Source: Clostridia bacterium (GTDB taxonomy: Bacteria; Bacillota; Clostridia; UBA1381; UMGS1253). Taken from it: 64,000 bases of DNA. Positions within the stretch are counted from its first letter, which is position 1. Each line of letters begins with the position of its first letter. Below the pieces are notes generated by a model, which worked only from the letters and a program-made list of their open reading frames with translations, had not been told where the DNA came from and did not search any database. This document shows, piece after piece, positions 30,265 through 38,545 of the stretch. A program made the translations under genes and the position numbers. The stretch spans positions 23,865-87,864 of the forward strand of contig JAZRUW010000009.1 in the NCBI GenBank assembly GCA_045652745.1, read 5' to 3'.

Positions 30265-31497
30265 ATGGAATTTAATAAAATCAAGGCTGCAGACGCCGAA
30301 GTTTATGAAGCGGTGATGCAGGAGCTGTCCAGACAGCAAAATAAGATTGAATTGATTGCTTCGGAAAACTTTGTAAGCGAAGCCGTTATGGAAGCGATGG
30401 GTACACCGCTGACCAATAAATATGCAGAAGGTTATCCGGGCAAACGTTACTACGGCGGTTGCGAATATGTAGACGTTGTAGAAACGCTGGCGATTGAGCG
30501 TGCAAAGAAAGTGTTTGGCGCAGACCACGCCAATGTACAGCCGCACTCCGGCGCACAGGCAAACCTGACGGTGTTTTTCTCCGTTTTAGAGCCGGGCGAT
30601 ACGGTGCTGAGCATGAGCCTTGCACACGGCGGCCACTTAAGCCACGGCAGCCCGGTCAACATTTCCGGTAAGTATTTTAACATTGTGCCGTATGGTGTAA
30701 ACGAAGGCGCGAACGTAATTGATTATGATGAAGTTCGCCGTCTTGCGCTCGAATGTAAGCCGAAGCTTATTTTGGCCGGTGCTTCTGCATATCCGAGAAC
30801 GATTGATTTTGCGCGCTTTGCTGAAATTGCAAAGGAAGTCGGCGCATACTTTATGGTAGATATGGCGCACATTGCCGGTCTGGTTGCGGCAGGCTTGCAT
30901 CCGAATCCGGTACCGTACGCTGATTTTGTGACCACCACAACACATAAGACACTTCGCGGACCGCGCGGTGGTTTGATTTTGTGCAAAGAAGAGCATGCCG
31001 CAAAGATTAACAAGGCATTGTTCCCGGGAATTCAGGGCGGCCCGCTCATGCACGTGATTGCTTCCAAGGCAGTTTGCTTTAAAGAAGCACTCTCCGATGA
31101 ATTCAAGGCTTACCAGACGCAGATTGTAAAAAATGCGGCTGCACTTGCAGATGCATTGGTGAAGGAAGGCTTTAAACTTGTCAGCGGCGGTACGGACAAC
31201 CACCTGATGCTCGTAGACTTAACCCCGATGAACATCACCGGTAAGGAAGCAGAGCATAAGCTCGACGAAATCGGTATTACCGTTAACAAAAATGCCATTC
31301 CGTTTGATACACAAAGCCCGTTTGTAACCAGCGGTATCCGTATCGGTACACCGGCGGTAACCTCCAGAGGCTTTAAAGAAGAGGATATGGTGGAAGTTGC
31401 CGCGCTCATTAAGCTCGCGGTAACGGACGGCGCAAGTGCAGATGAAATCAAAGCGCGTGTAGCTGCACTTTGTGCAAAACATCCGCTTTACGCATAA
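30265..31497 (+). CDS. glyA: Serine hydroxymethyltransferase
   Basis: [25 protein letters not shown] and [14 protein letters not shown]. Confidence 0.98.
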   Translation: MEFNKIKAADAEVYEAVMQELSRQQNKIELIASENFVSEAVMEAMGTPLTNKYAEGYPGKRYYGGCEYVDVVETLAIERAKKVFGADHANVQPHSGAQANLTVFFSVLEPGDTVLSMSLAHGGHLSHGSPVNISGKYFNIVPYGVNEGANVIDYDEVRRLALECKPKLILAGASAYPRTIDFARFAEIAKEVGAYFMVDMAHIAGLVAAGLHPNPVPYADFVTTTTHKTLRGPRGGLILCKEEHAAKINKALFPGIQGGPLMHVIASKAVCFKEALSDEFKAYQTQIVKNAAALADALVKEGFKLVSGGTDNHLMLVDLTPMNITGKEAEHKLDEIGITVNKNAIPFDTQSPFVTSGIRIGTPAVTSRGFKEEDMVEVAALIKLAVTDGASADEIKARVAALCAKHPLYA

Positions 31498-31507
31498 TCA
31501 GCAGTAT

Positions 31508-31540
31508 AAAAACCCGCGTCCCGAACGGGCGCGGGTTTTT
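31508..31540 (+). terminator. Intrinsic terminator after glyA
   Basis: AAAAACCCGCG...CGCGGGTTTTT. Confidence 0.8.
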
Positions 31541-31585
31541 AAGCAAATTTTTAAGCAATACATTCTGGCATAGGGAAGGTGCAGT

Positions 31586-32527
31586 ATGTGTGAAAAAGTA
31601 GCAGGTTTGTCGCTTTCTCCGGCGATGGACAGAACGATTTATGTAGACGATTTTTGTTTAAATGAAGTCAACCGTGCGCGTGAATCGACAGCGATTCCCG
31701 GCTCTAAAGGCGTGAACGTGGCAAAATATCTGGCTGCAAGCGGTCTGGATTCTGTTTGCTTCGGCTTTATTGGCGGACCGGACAGGGCTGTGTTTATCAG
31801 CCAGCTTAATAAGTTCGGTGTGCGTTCGGATTTTATTCCGGTAGAGTACCCGATTCGCAACAACATTAAAATTGTGGATTTGAAAAACGGGACGTATACC
31901 GATGTAAATCTGGAGGCAGGTACACCGACAGAGGCGCAACTTGCTATGCTACATGAAAGAGCGGCACAGGTGGCTAAGGAATGTGCTTATGTGGCACTCA
32001 GCGGACATGTGTCGGATAAAATGCCGACAGATATTTACAAAACGCTGACGGAAATTATTCATCAAAACGGCGCAAAAGTGGCGGTGGATTGCAGCGGTAA
32101 AGCGCTTTTGTCGGCGCTCGAAGCAAAACCGGATGTCATTAAGCCGAATTTAAAAGAACTTTGTGAAAGTTTTGATGTGCATCTGGTCAATCGCTATGAA
32201 ATTATAGAGTGTGCAAAGCGTATTGCTGAGCGCGGCATAGACAATGTTTTGGTTTCCTGCGGTCCGGACGGCGCCGTTGCCGTTTGCGAAGGAGAAATTT
32301 ATTTGGTGCAGGTTCCGAATGTACCGGTGTTGAATACCGTTGGTGCAGGGGATGCGTTTTTGAGCGGTTTTATCTATGGTAAAACCAAGAACTTTGACAA
32401 TGAAGCGGCACTTCGTCATGCGGCGGCTTTTTCGCAAGCGATTGTAACCGGCCCGGCAACGCAGACGCTCGATTATGCGGCGCTGACGGCGGCCATCAAT
32501 GAAATCGAGATTACAAAGGTTGTTTGA
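31586..32527 (+). CDS. PfkB-family sugar kinase (1-phosphofructokinase/tagatose-6-P kinase-like)
   Basis: GSKGVNVA, LSG, IKPNLKEL and NTVGAGDAFLSG motifs. Confidence 0.88.
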   Translation: MCEKVAGLSLSPAMDRTIYVDDFCLNEVNRARESTAIPGSKGVNVAKYLAASGLDSVCFGFIGGPDRAVFISQLNKFGVRSDFIPVEYPIRNNIKIVDLKNGTYTDVNLEAGTPTEAQLAMLHERAAQVAKECAYVALSGHVSDKMPTDIYKTLTEIIHQNGAKVAVDCSGKALLSALEAKPDVIKPNLKELCESFDVHLVNRYEIIECAKRIAERGIDNVLVSCGPDGAVAVCEGEIYLVQVPNVPVLNTVGAGDAFLSGFIYGKTKNFDNEAALRHAAAFSQAIVTGPATQTLDYAALTAAINEIEITKVV

Positions 32528-33045
32528 TTATGAACTGCGTTTCCATGTATAAAGAAGCCTACCGTTTGCTTGAAGATGTGACACCGCTTTTGGTAGATTG
32601 CGGTCAGTTATGCTCTCATGCCTGTTGTGTAAGTGAAGACGAAGAGGCGGGGATGTATTTGTATCCCGGCGAGGCAAGCTTATATAAAACGGCAGATGCG
32701 CCGTGGCTTAGGATTGAAACTTCGGACTTTTTATACGGTCCGTCGGACAAAAAAACGCCCATTGCGATTTGCGACGGCACATGTGACAGAGCATTGCGTC
32801 CTTTGTCGTGTCGCATTTTTCCGCTGATTCCTTATTTAAAAGAGGACGGGAAACCCGAAATTATCATTGACCCGCGCGCTAAGGCGATGTGTCCGCTGGC
32901 GAAAACCTTTACGCTCGCAGATTTTGAGCCGGAATTTGTGCGCAGAGTTAAACTTATTTTCGGTGTACTTTTAAAAAATAAAGATGTACGGGAGTTTGTC
33001 ATTGAACAGTCGTATGTTTTAGATGAGGTAGGAAAATTTTATTAA
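32524..33045 (+). CDS. Cys-cluster protein (YkgJ/UPF0153-like, putative Zn or Fe-S binding)
   Basis: DCGQLCSHACC ... RPLSCRIFPL ... CPL pattern. Confidence 0.6.
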   Translation: MIMNCVSMYKEAYRLLEDVTPLLVDCGQLCSHACCVSEDEEAGMYLYPGEASLYKTADAPWLRIETSDFLYGPSDKKTPIAICDGTCDRALRPLSCRIFPLIPYLKEDGKPEIIIDPRAKAMCPLAKTFTLADFEPEFVRRVKLIFGVLLKNKDVREFVIEQSYVLDEVGKFY

Positions 33046-33058
33046 GAGGTGTATACCG

Positions 33059-33934
33059 ATGATGAAGAAATTTTTAGCCGTATTTTTATGCCTTTGCATG
33101 CTTGCCGTGCCGGCAAGTGCGATGCGCGTGCAGGTTTCGATTGGCTCTACACAGGTACATACCGCAGATGTGGATACCAAAACGGCGCAGACACTTACGC
33201 TGGAAGCGGCGCCGTACACCGCACAGGGGAGGACTATGGTGCCGGTGCGCGTCATCACGGAGAGTCTGGGCGCAACCGTCGGTTGGGATGATGCAACGCA
33301 GAAGGTCACCATTACGCAAGGCGAAAACGTGGTGGAACTGATTATCGGCTCGACTGAGGCAAAAATCAACGGTGAAGTCAAGGTTTTGGATGTTGCACCG
33401 GAGACCATTAACGGCAGAACCTTTATTCCGATGCGTTTTGTCGGCGAAGCGTTTGGCTATACGCTGCAGTGGGTGCCGAGCATACAAAACGTTATCATTT
33501 CCGATGTGCCTGTGATTTTAAAAAGCGAATACTCCGTAGCGACAGCGCTGGATGTGCTCTTTTGGGGATGGCTCTTTGATGAGAACGAGGAAACCTTTGA
33601 AATAGAGAAATGGATGGATGTATATGCCATTGCTATGGTTATCTCAGATTTTAGAAATTACAAACTGGGGCAGCCGCAGCCGATAGATATACTCGCCAGA
33701 GATGAGGGGACTGACGCTTTGTGCGTTGTACCGGCCGCAATAAATAATGCAGTTGAACTGGCGGCAAATGTCCGGTGGGCGAGAGAACTGCAAACCAATG
33801 ACCCGCAGACTTTTGCAGCATTTAAGGCATATCTGGACACGAAGCCGACAAGCCGCTTGTGTACGAATGAGGAGTTTATGGATTCTGTATTGGAGTATAT
33901 ATTAATGGTATCGGATGGAATCGAAACAGATTAA
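33059..33934 (+). CDS. Secreted protein with copper-amine-oxidase N-terminal (stalk) domain
   Basis: Signal peptide; GRTMVPVRVITESLGATVGWD and GRTFIPMRFVGEAFG repeats. Confidence 0.8.
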   Translation: MMKKFLAVFLCLCMLAVPASAMRVQVSIGSTQVHTADVDTKTAQTLTLEAAPYTAQGRTMVPVRVITESLGATVGWDDATQKVTITQGENVVELIIGSTEAKINGEVKVLDVAPETINGRTFIPMRFVGEAFGYTLQWVPSIQNVIISDVPVILKSEYSVATALDVLFWGWLFDENEETFEIEKWMDVYAIAMVISDFRNYKLGQPQPIDILARDEGTDALCVVPAAINNAVELAANVRWARELQTNDPQTFAAFKAYLDTKPTSRLCTNEEFMDSVLEYILMVSDGIETD

Positions 33935-33943
33935 GCCGAGGTG

Positions 33944-34000
33944 AAGCACTTGTTTTGTCGATGGAAAAAGAAACCAACGACAAAATAAGTGCTTTTTTTT
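33944..34000 (+). terminator. Intrinsic terminator-like hairpin before the spoIIA operon
   Basis: AAGCACTTGTTTTGTCG...CGACAAAATAAGTGCTT followed by Ts. Confidence 0.6.
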
Positions 34001-34043
34001 ATGCTTTTTACGCTATGATACTGCTAGTGAAAGGATGAAGCAT

Positions 34044-34394
34044 ATGAAAACGGAGTATAACACACGCGCCCGTGCGCTCGTTGTGCACCTGGATGCGGAG
34101 ATTGACCATCATATTGCAGGTGCTGTGCGCCGGGACATAGACGAGGCATTTTTGAACACACGTGCCAATCATATCATTTTTGATTTTTCGTGTGTACAGT
34201 TTATGGACAGTTCGGGCATCGGTCTGATTATGGGCAGATACCGTTTGGTAGCACCGCTGGGCGGCAGAGTGGTGCTTTCTGGCGTATCCGAGCGGATGGA
34301 CAGGCTGATGAGCCTGTCGGGAATTTATAAACTGGTGCGTTGGACGAAAACGGTGAATGAGGCGCTGCAAATGGTAAAGGAGGCGGCAATATGA
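34044..34394 (+). CDS. spoIIAA: Anti-sigma-F factor antagonist
   Basis: EIDHHIA and FMDSSGIGLIMGRY; first gene of the spoIIA operon. Confidence 0.95.
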   Translation: MKTEYNTRARALVVHLDAEIDHHIAGAVRRDIDEAFLNTRANHIIFDFSCVQFMDSSGIGLIMGRYRLVAPLGGRVVLSGVSERMDRLMSLSGIYKLVRWTKTVNEALQMVKEAAI

Positions 34395-34852
34395 AAAATG
34401 AAATGCGATTGCTTTTTGATGCGCACGCATCCAACGAAGCTTTTGCTAGAACGGCAGTTGCCGCTTTTGTAGTCGGGCTTGATCCGACGGTCGAGGAGCT
34501 TTCTGACATAAAAACGGCGCTGTCCGAAGCGGTGACCAATGCGATTGTACACGGCTATGATGGCGCAGATGGCGTTGTGGAACTGCATTGCGTTACGCAA
34601 AAACGACATATAACGGTTTCGGTCACCGATACGGGCGTCGGGATTGCGGATATTCAAAAAGCCATGGAACCTATGTATACGGGAAAGCCTGAGGCAGAGC
34701 GAAGCGGTATGGGATTTACGGTCATGGAAGCCTTTATGGATACCGTGTCGGTACATAGCATTTTAGGCGAGGGTACGACGGTGGTTTTGGAAAAGCAACT
34801 GCGTGCACATGAGGGCGTGCGCGAAAAACTGTCTGCAAAGACACAACAGTAA
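34391..34852 (+). CDS. spoIIAB: Anti-sigma-F factor / kinase
   Basis: NEAFAR, SEAVTNAIVHGY and ERSGMGFTVMEAFMD. Confidence 0.96.
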   Translation: MKNEMRLLFDAHASNEAFARTAVAAFVVGLDPTVEELSDIKTALSEAVTNAIVHGYDGADGVVELHCVTQKRHITVSVTDTGVGIADIQKAMEPMYTGKPEAERSGMGFTVMEAFMDTVSVHSILGEGTTVVLEKQLRAHEGVREKLSAKTQQ

Positions 34853-34875
34853 AATAAACAGCGGAGGCGAGCGGA

Positions 34876-35568
34876 ATGACGGCGACAACTTTAGAAAACA
34901 AAACGCTTTCGCAGGAGGAGCAAAACAAAATCATAGAAGACAATCTCGCTTTGGTCGGCAGTATTGTCAAACGGTTTGCCTATACCGGCCACGATACGGA
35001 AGACTTGTTTCAAATCGGCGCTTTGGGGCTTGTAAAAGCCGTACAGCGTTTTGATGCCGCCTATGGCGTAAAACTGTCTACCTATGCTGTACCGGTGATT
35101 GTCGGCGAAATTAAGCGGTTTTTGCGCGATGACGGCGCGGTGCGTATCAGCCGCCGCATCAAAACCAATGCCATGCACATTCGCAGCTTTGTGGAAACAA
35201 AAACAAAAGAAGACGGCAGCGCACCGAGTATTTCGGATATCGCGGATGCACTCGGTCTGGAAATCGAAGACGTCACTGTAGCGATGGAGGCGATGCGCCC
35301 CATACAATATCTGCAGGCGGAAACGGACGATGTGCCGGGGCTGATGGAAACCATACCTGCGCCCGATACGCAGGAGAGTTTGTTGGATTGTTTGGCTTTG
35401 CGTCAGGTGATTGCCACACTGCCTGCCCGGGATAAAAAACTGATTCAGATGCGCTATTTTGAAAACAAAACGCAAACCGAAATTGCGAATTGTCTAGGTA
35501 TCAGCCAGGTACAGGTTTCACGCATTGAAAAGAAACTTTTGTTGAGTTTGCGCAATCAAATCGGTTGA
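34876..35568 (+). CDS. sigF: Sporulation sigma factor F
   Basis: DLFQIGALGL, STYAVPVIVGEIKRFLRDDG and SQVQVSRIEKK; third gene of the spoIIA operon. Confidence 0.92.
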   Translation: MTATTLENKTLSQEEQNKIIEDNLALVGSIVKRFAYTGHDTEDLFQIGALGLVKAVQRFDAAYGVKLSTYAVPVIVGEIKRFLRDDGAVRISRRIKTNAMHIRSFVETKTKEDGSAPSISDIADALGLEIEDVTVAMEAMRPIQYLQAETDDVPGLMETIPAPDTQESLLDCLALRQVIATLPARDKKLIQMRYFENKTQTEIANCLGISQVQVSRIEKKLLLSLRNQIG

Positions 35569-35609
35569 TGTTTGACTGCTGAATTTACAAAATGTTCACA
35601 CTTTGTTTA

Positions 35610-35756
35610 TTGCTATTCAAAGATAAGCCAATTATAATAAAAGCATAAGCATATGCGTCGGCAAAGGCTGTTTGTTTTTCTTTCGTTTCATACACCCCAC
35701 CTAAAAACATTCCCCCCTAAAAAAATGTTGCCACCAAGCAAAAAGTTTGGTACAAT
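35610..35756 (+). promoter_or_regulatory. Tandem sigma-A-like promoters upstream of the phosphomutase gene
   Basis: TTGCTA-17-TATAAT (35610-35638) and TTGCCA-17-TACAAT with TG (35728-35756). Confidence 0.55.
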
Positions 35757-35839
35757 GTATGTGGACGAAGAAATGAGATAGGCAGTTTTTGCCTTTTGTT
35801 TTACTTGAAGAATATCTACATAGAAAGAAGGAACAGAAA

Positions 35840-37573
35840 ATGAGAAAAACAGCGCAGGAGTTGTACCGTTACTGGTTGGATAGTGCCGTAGCAGATACGG
35901 ACACAAAACAGGAACTGACTGCGATTGCAAACGACGAAAAGGAAATTGAAGAACGCTTTTACCGCGATTTGGAATTCGGCACGGGTGGTATGCGTGGTAT
36001 TCTGGGCGCAGGTACCAACCGCATGAACATTTACACCGTGCGCCGTGCAGCGCAGGGCCTTGCCAAATATGTGCTTGATGCCGGCAAGGCGGCAGATGGC
36101 GTTGTCATCGGTTATGATACGCGTTATTTCTCGGACACCTTTGCAAAGGAAACGGCAAAGGTGCTCATTGCCAATGGTATTAAGGCATACCTGTTTGATT
36201 GCATCCATGCTACACCGGAGGTTTCGTTCGGTGTTCGCTATTACAAGGCGGCGGCCGGCGTTATGATTACGGCCAGCCATAACCCGAAAGAGTACAACGG
36301 CTTTAAGGCGTACGGCAGCGACGGTGCACAGTTCCCGCCGGAGGCGAGCGATGTCATCGTAGAGGTTGTCAACCGCTGTGATATTTTTGAAGATGTGAAA
36401 GTGATTTCCGATGCGGAGTTTGAAAACAGTCCGCTTTTGGTTAAAATCGGCGCCGAGGTCGATGCGGCATTTTTGGATGCTGTGTATGCGCAAAGCATCA
36501 ATCCGGACGTGTTTGCCAAGGTCGGCGACGATTTTAAAGTGGTTTACACACCGTTTCACGGTACTGGCCTTCGTCCGGTGACGGCGATTTTTGAAAAAAT
36601 CGGCATCAAAAATGTGATTGTAGAGCCGACGCAGGCAAAACCAGACCCGGCGTTTTCTACGGTAAAATCTCCGAATCCGGAGGAAAAAGAGGGCTTTACC
36701 CGTGCAATCGCACTGGCAAAGGAACACGGTGCTTCGCTGATTATCGGTACGGACCCGGATGCAGACCGCGTGGGCGTGGTTGTGCGCGATAAAGACGGCG
36801 AATATCAGGTGCTCACGGGCAACCAGACGGGCGCGCTTTTGTGCCGTTATGTGCTGGATGCGAAAAAGCGCAAGGGTGTACTTAAGAACAATTCGGTGCT
36901 GATTAAAACGATTGTAACCTCCGATGCCGCACGCGCAATTGCCGCAGATTACGGTGTGCAGGTGGTGGATGTGTTTACCGGATTTAAGTATATCGCAGAA
37001 AAAATTGCAGACTATGAGGTGACGGGTGCACATACCTATGAATTCGGTTTTGAGGAAAGTTACGGCTATCTGCCGGGTACTTACGCGCGTGACAAAGATG
37101 CGGTCGGCGCGACGATGCTGATTGCAGAAATGGCGGCGGATTATCAGTTAAAAGGCATGACGCTCTATGACGGTTTAACGGAGCTTTATGAAAAATACGG
37201 CTTCTTTGCAGAGTCCACCGTTTCGGTGTATATGCCGGGCAAGGACGGCATGCAAAAAATCGCCGATACCATGAAGGGCATCCGCGAAAATATGCCGAGC
37301 GAATTTGGCGGTATTGCAATTGCGGAAAAAGAAGATTACAGCATCAATACAAAATATCTTGCAGACGGCACGACTACCGAAATCGGTGACTTTGCAAAGA
37401 GCAACGTGCTTCGCTTCCGTTTGGCGGACGGCAAGACCTTTATTGCCATTCGTCCGTCAGGTACAGAGCCGAAAATCAAGCTCTATTTCTGCACGGCGGC
37501 AGAAAGCAAGACAGCGGCAGAAAGCCAGATTGCTTTCCTGACCGGTGCGGTGAGAAGTTATCTGAATATTTAA
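35840..37573 (+). CDS. pgm: Phosphoglucomutase/phosphomannomutase
   Basis: FGTGGMRG, TASHNP, DPDADR, FEESYG and RPSGTEPKIK. Confidence 0.92.
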   Translation: MRKTAQELYRYWLDSAVADTDTKQELTAIANDEKEIEERFYRDLEFGTGGMRGILGAGTNRMNIYTVRRAAQGLAKYVLDAGKAADGVVIGYDTRYFSDTFAKETAKVLIANGIKAYLFDCIHATPEVSFGVRYYKAAAGVMITASHNPKEYNGFKAYGSDGAQFPPEASDVIVEVVNRCDIFEDVKVISDAEFENSPLLVKIGAEVDAAFLDAVYAQSINPDVFAKVGDDFKVVYTPFHGTGLRPVTAIFEKIGIKNVIVEPTQAKPDPAFSTVKSPNPEEKEGFTRAIALAKEHGASLIIGTDPDADRVGVVVRDKDGEYQVLTGNQTGALLCRYVLDAKKRKGVLKNNSVLIKTIVTSDAARAIAADYGVQVVDVFTGFKYIAEKIADYEVTGAHTYEFGFEESYGYLPGTYARDKDAVGATMLIAEMAADYQLKGMTLYDGLTELYEKYGFFAESTVSVYMPGKDGMQKIADTMKGIRENMPSEFGGIAIAEKEDYSINTKYLADGTTTEIGDFAKSNVLRFRLADGKTFIAIRPSGTEPKIKLYFCTAAESKTAAESQIAFLTGAVRSYLNI

Positions 37574-37590
37574 AAACAAATAATAAAAAC

Positions 37591-37623
37591 AAAAGCAACC
37601 GAAAATTTTTTCGGTTGCTTTTT
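37591..37623. terminator. Bidirectional intrinsic terminator
   Basis: AAAAGCAACCGAAAA / TTTTCGGTTGCTTTT. Confidence 0.8.
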
Positions 37624-37630
37624 CTATGGA

Positions 37631-38545
37631 TTATTTAAATGCGTCCGTAGATAAATATCGCTCGCCTGTGTCCGGCAGGAGAACCACGACGGTTTTGCCT
37701 GCGTTTTCCGGTCTGTCGGCGATGATGGTTGCCGCATGAAGTGCAGCGCCGGAAGAGATGCCGACGAGCAGGCCTTCTGTTTGTACCAAGGCTTTTGCCG
37801 CTTTGTAGGCTTCTTCGGTTTTGACGGTTACGATTTCGTCATAGATGTCCGTATCCAAAACGGTCGGCACAAAATTTGCGCCGATGCCCTGCAGGCCGTG
37901 CGCGCCGGATTTGCCTTCGGAAAGCAGGGGAGAGTCAAACGGCTCTACGGCTACGATTTGAATGTTTTTATTTTTTGATTTTAAATATTTTCCCGTACCG
38001 GTCAGCGTACCGCCCGTGCCGACGCCTGCGACAAAGATATCGACATTGCCGTCGGTGTCCGTCCAGATTTCGGGGCCGGTGGTTTCGAAATGCGCCTTGG
38101 CATTTTCCGGATTGTCAAACTGTCCCGGAATGAAACTGTTTTCATGCTGCGCGGCAAGCTCTTTTGCTTTTTCTACCGCGCCCGTCATGCCCAAACGTCC
38201 TTCGGTCAAAACGATTTGTGCGCCGTAGGCGGTAAGCAGATTGCGGCGTTCGATGCTCATGGTGTCCGGCATCGTTAAAATCACTTTGTAGCCTTTATAA
38301 GCGGCCATAGCGGCGAGGGCAATGCCCGTGTTTCCACTGGTCGGCTCAATAATAATACTGTTCGGCTTTAATGCACCGGTTTCTTCGGCGGCGGTGAGCA
38401 TTTTCAGCGCGGCTCTGTCTTTGGCAGAGCCTGCCGGATTGAAAAATTCCACCTTCGCAAAAATCTTTTGCTTCGGTGCAAAACGGGAAAGTGCTACAAG
38501 CGGCGTGTTGCCGACAAGTTCGGTAATGTTTTTATAAATTGCCAT
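37631..38545 (-). CDS. cysK: Cysteine synthase A
   Basis: GNTPLV, NPAGSAKDR, EPTSGNTGI, GVGTGGT and PDTGERYLS. True start is ATG 38545. Confidence 0.95.
   Translation of the reverse strand: MAIYKNITELVGNTPLVALSRFAPKQKIFAKVEFFNPAGSAKDRAALKMLTAAEETGALKPNSIIIEPTSGNTGIALAAMAAYKGYKVILTMPDTMSIERRNLLTAYGAQIVLTEGRLGMTGAVEKAKELAAQHENSFIPGQFDNPENAKAHFETTGPEIWTDTDGNVDIFVAGVGTGGTLTGTGKYLKSKNKNIQIVAVEPFDSPLLSEGKSGAHGLQGIGANFVPTVLDTDIYDEIVTVKTEEAYKAAKALVQTEGLLVGISSGAALHAATIIADRPENAGKTVVVLLPDTGERYLSTDAFK

Noticed and set aside
35816-37033. Other long antisense ORFs (35816-37033, 7127-8098, 62998-63984, 11424-12155, 42128-42841)
   Set aside because: They overlap well-supported genes on the opposite strand and have no independent protein motifs.
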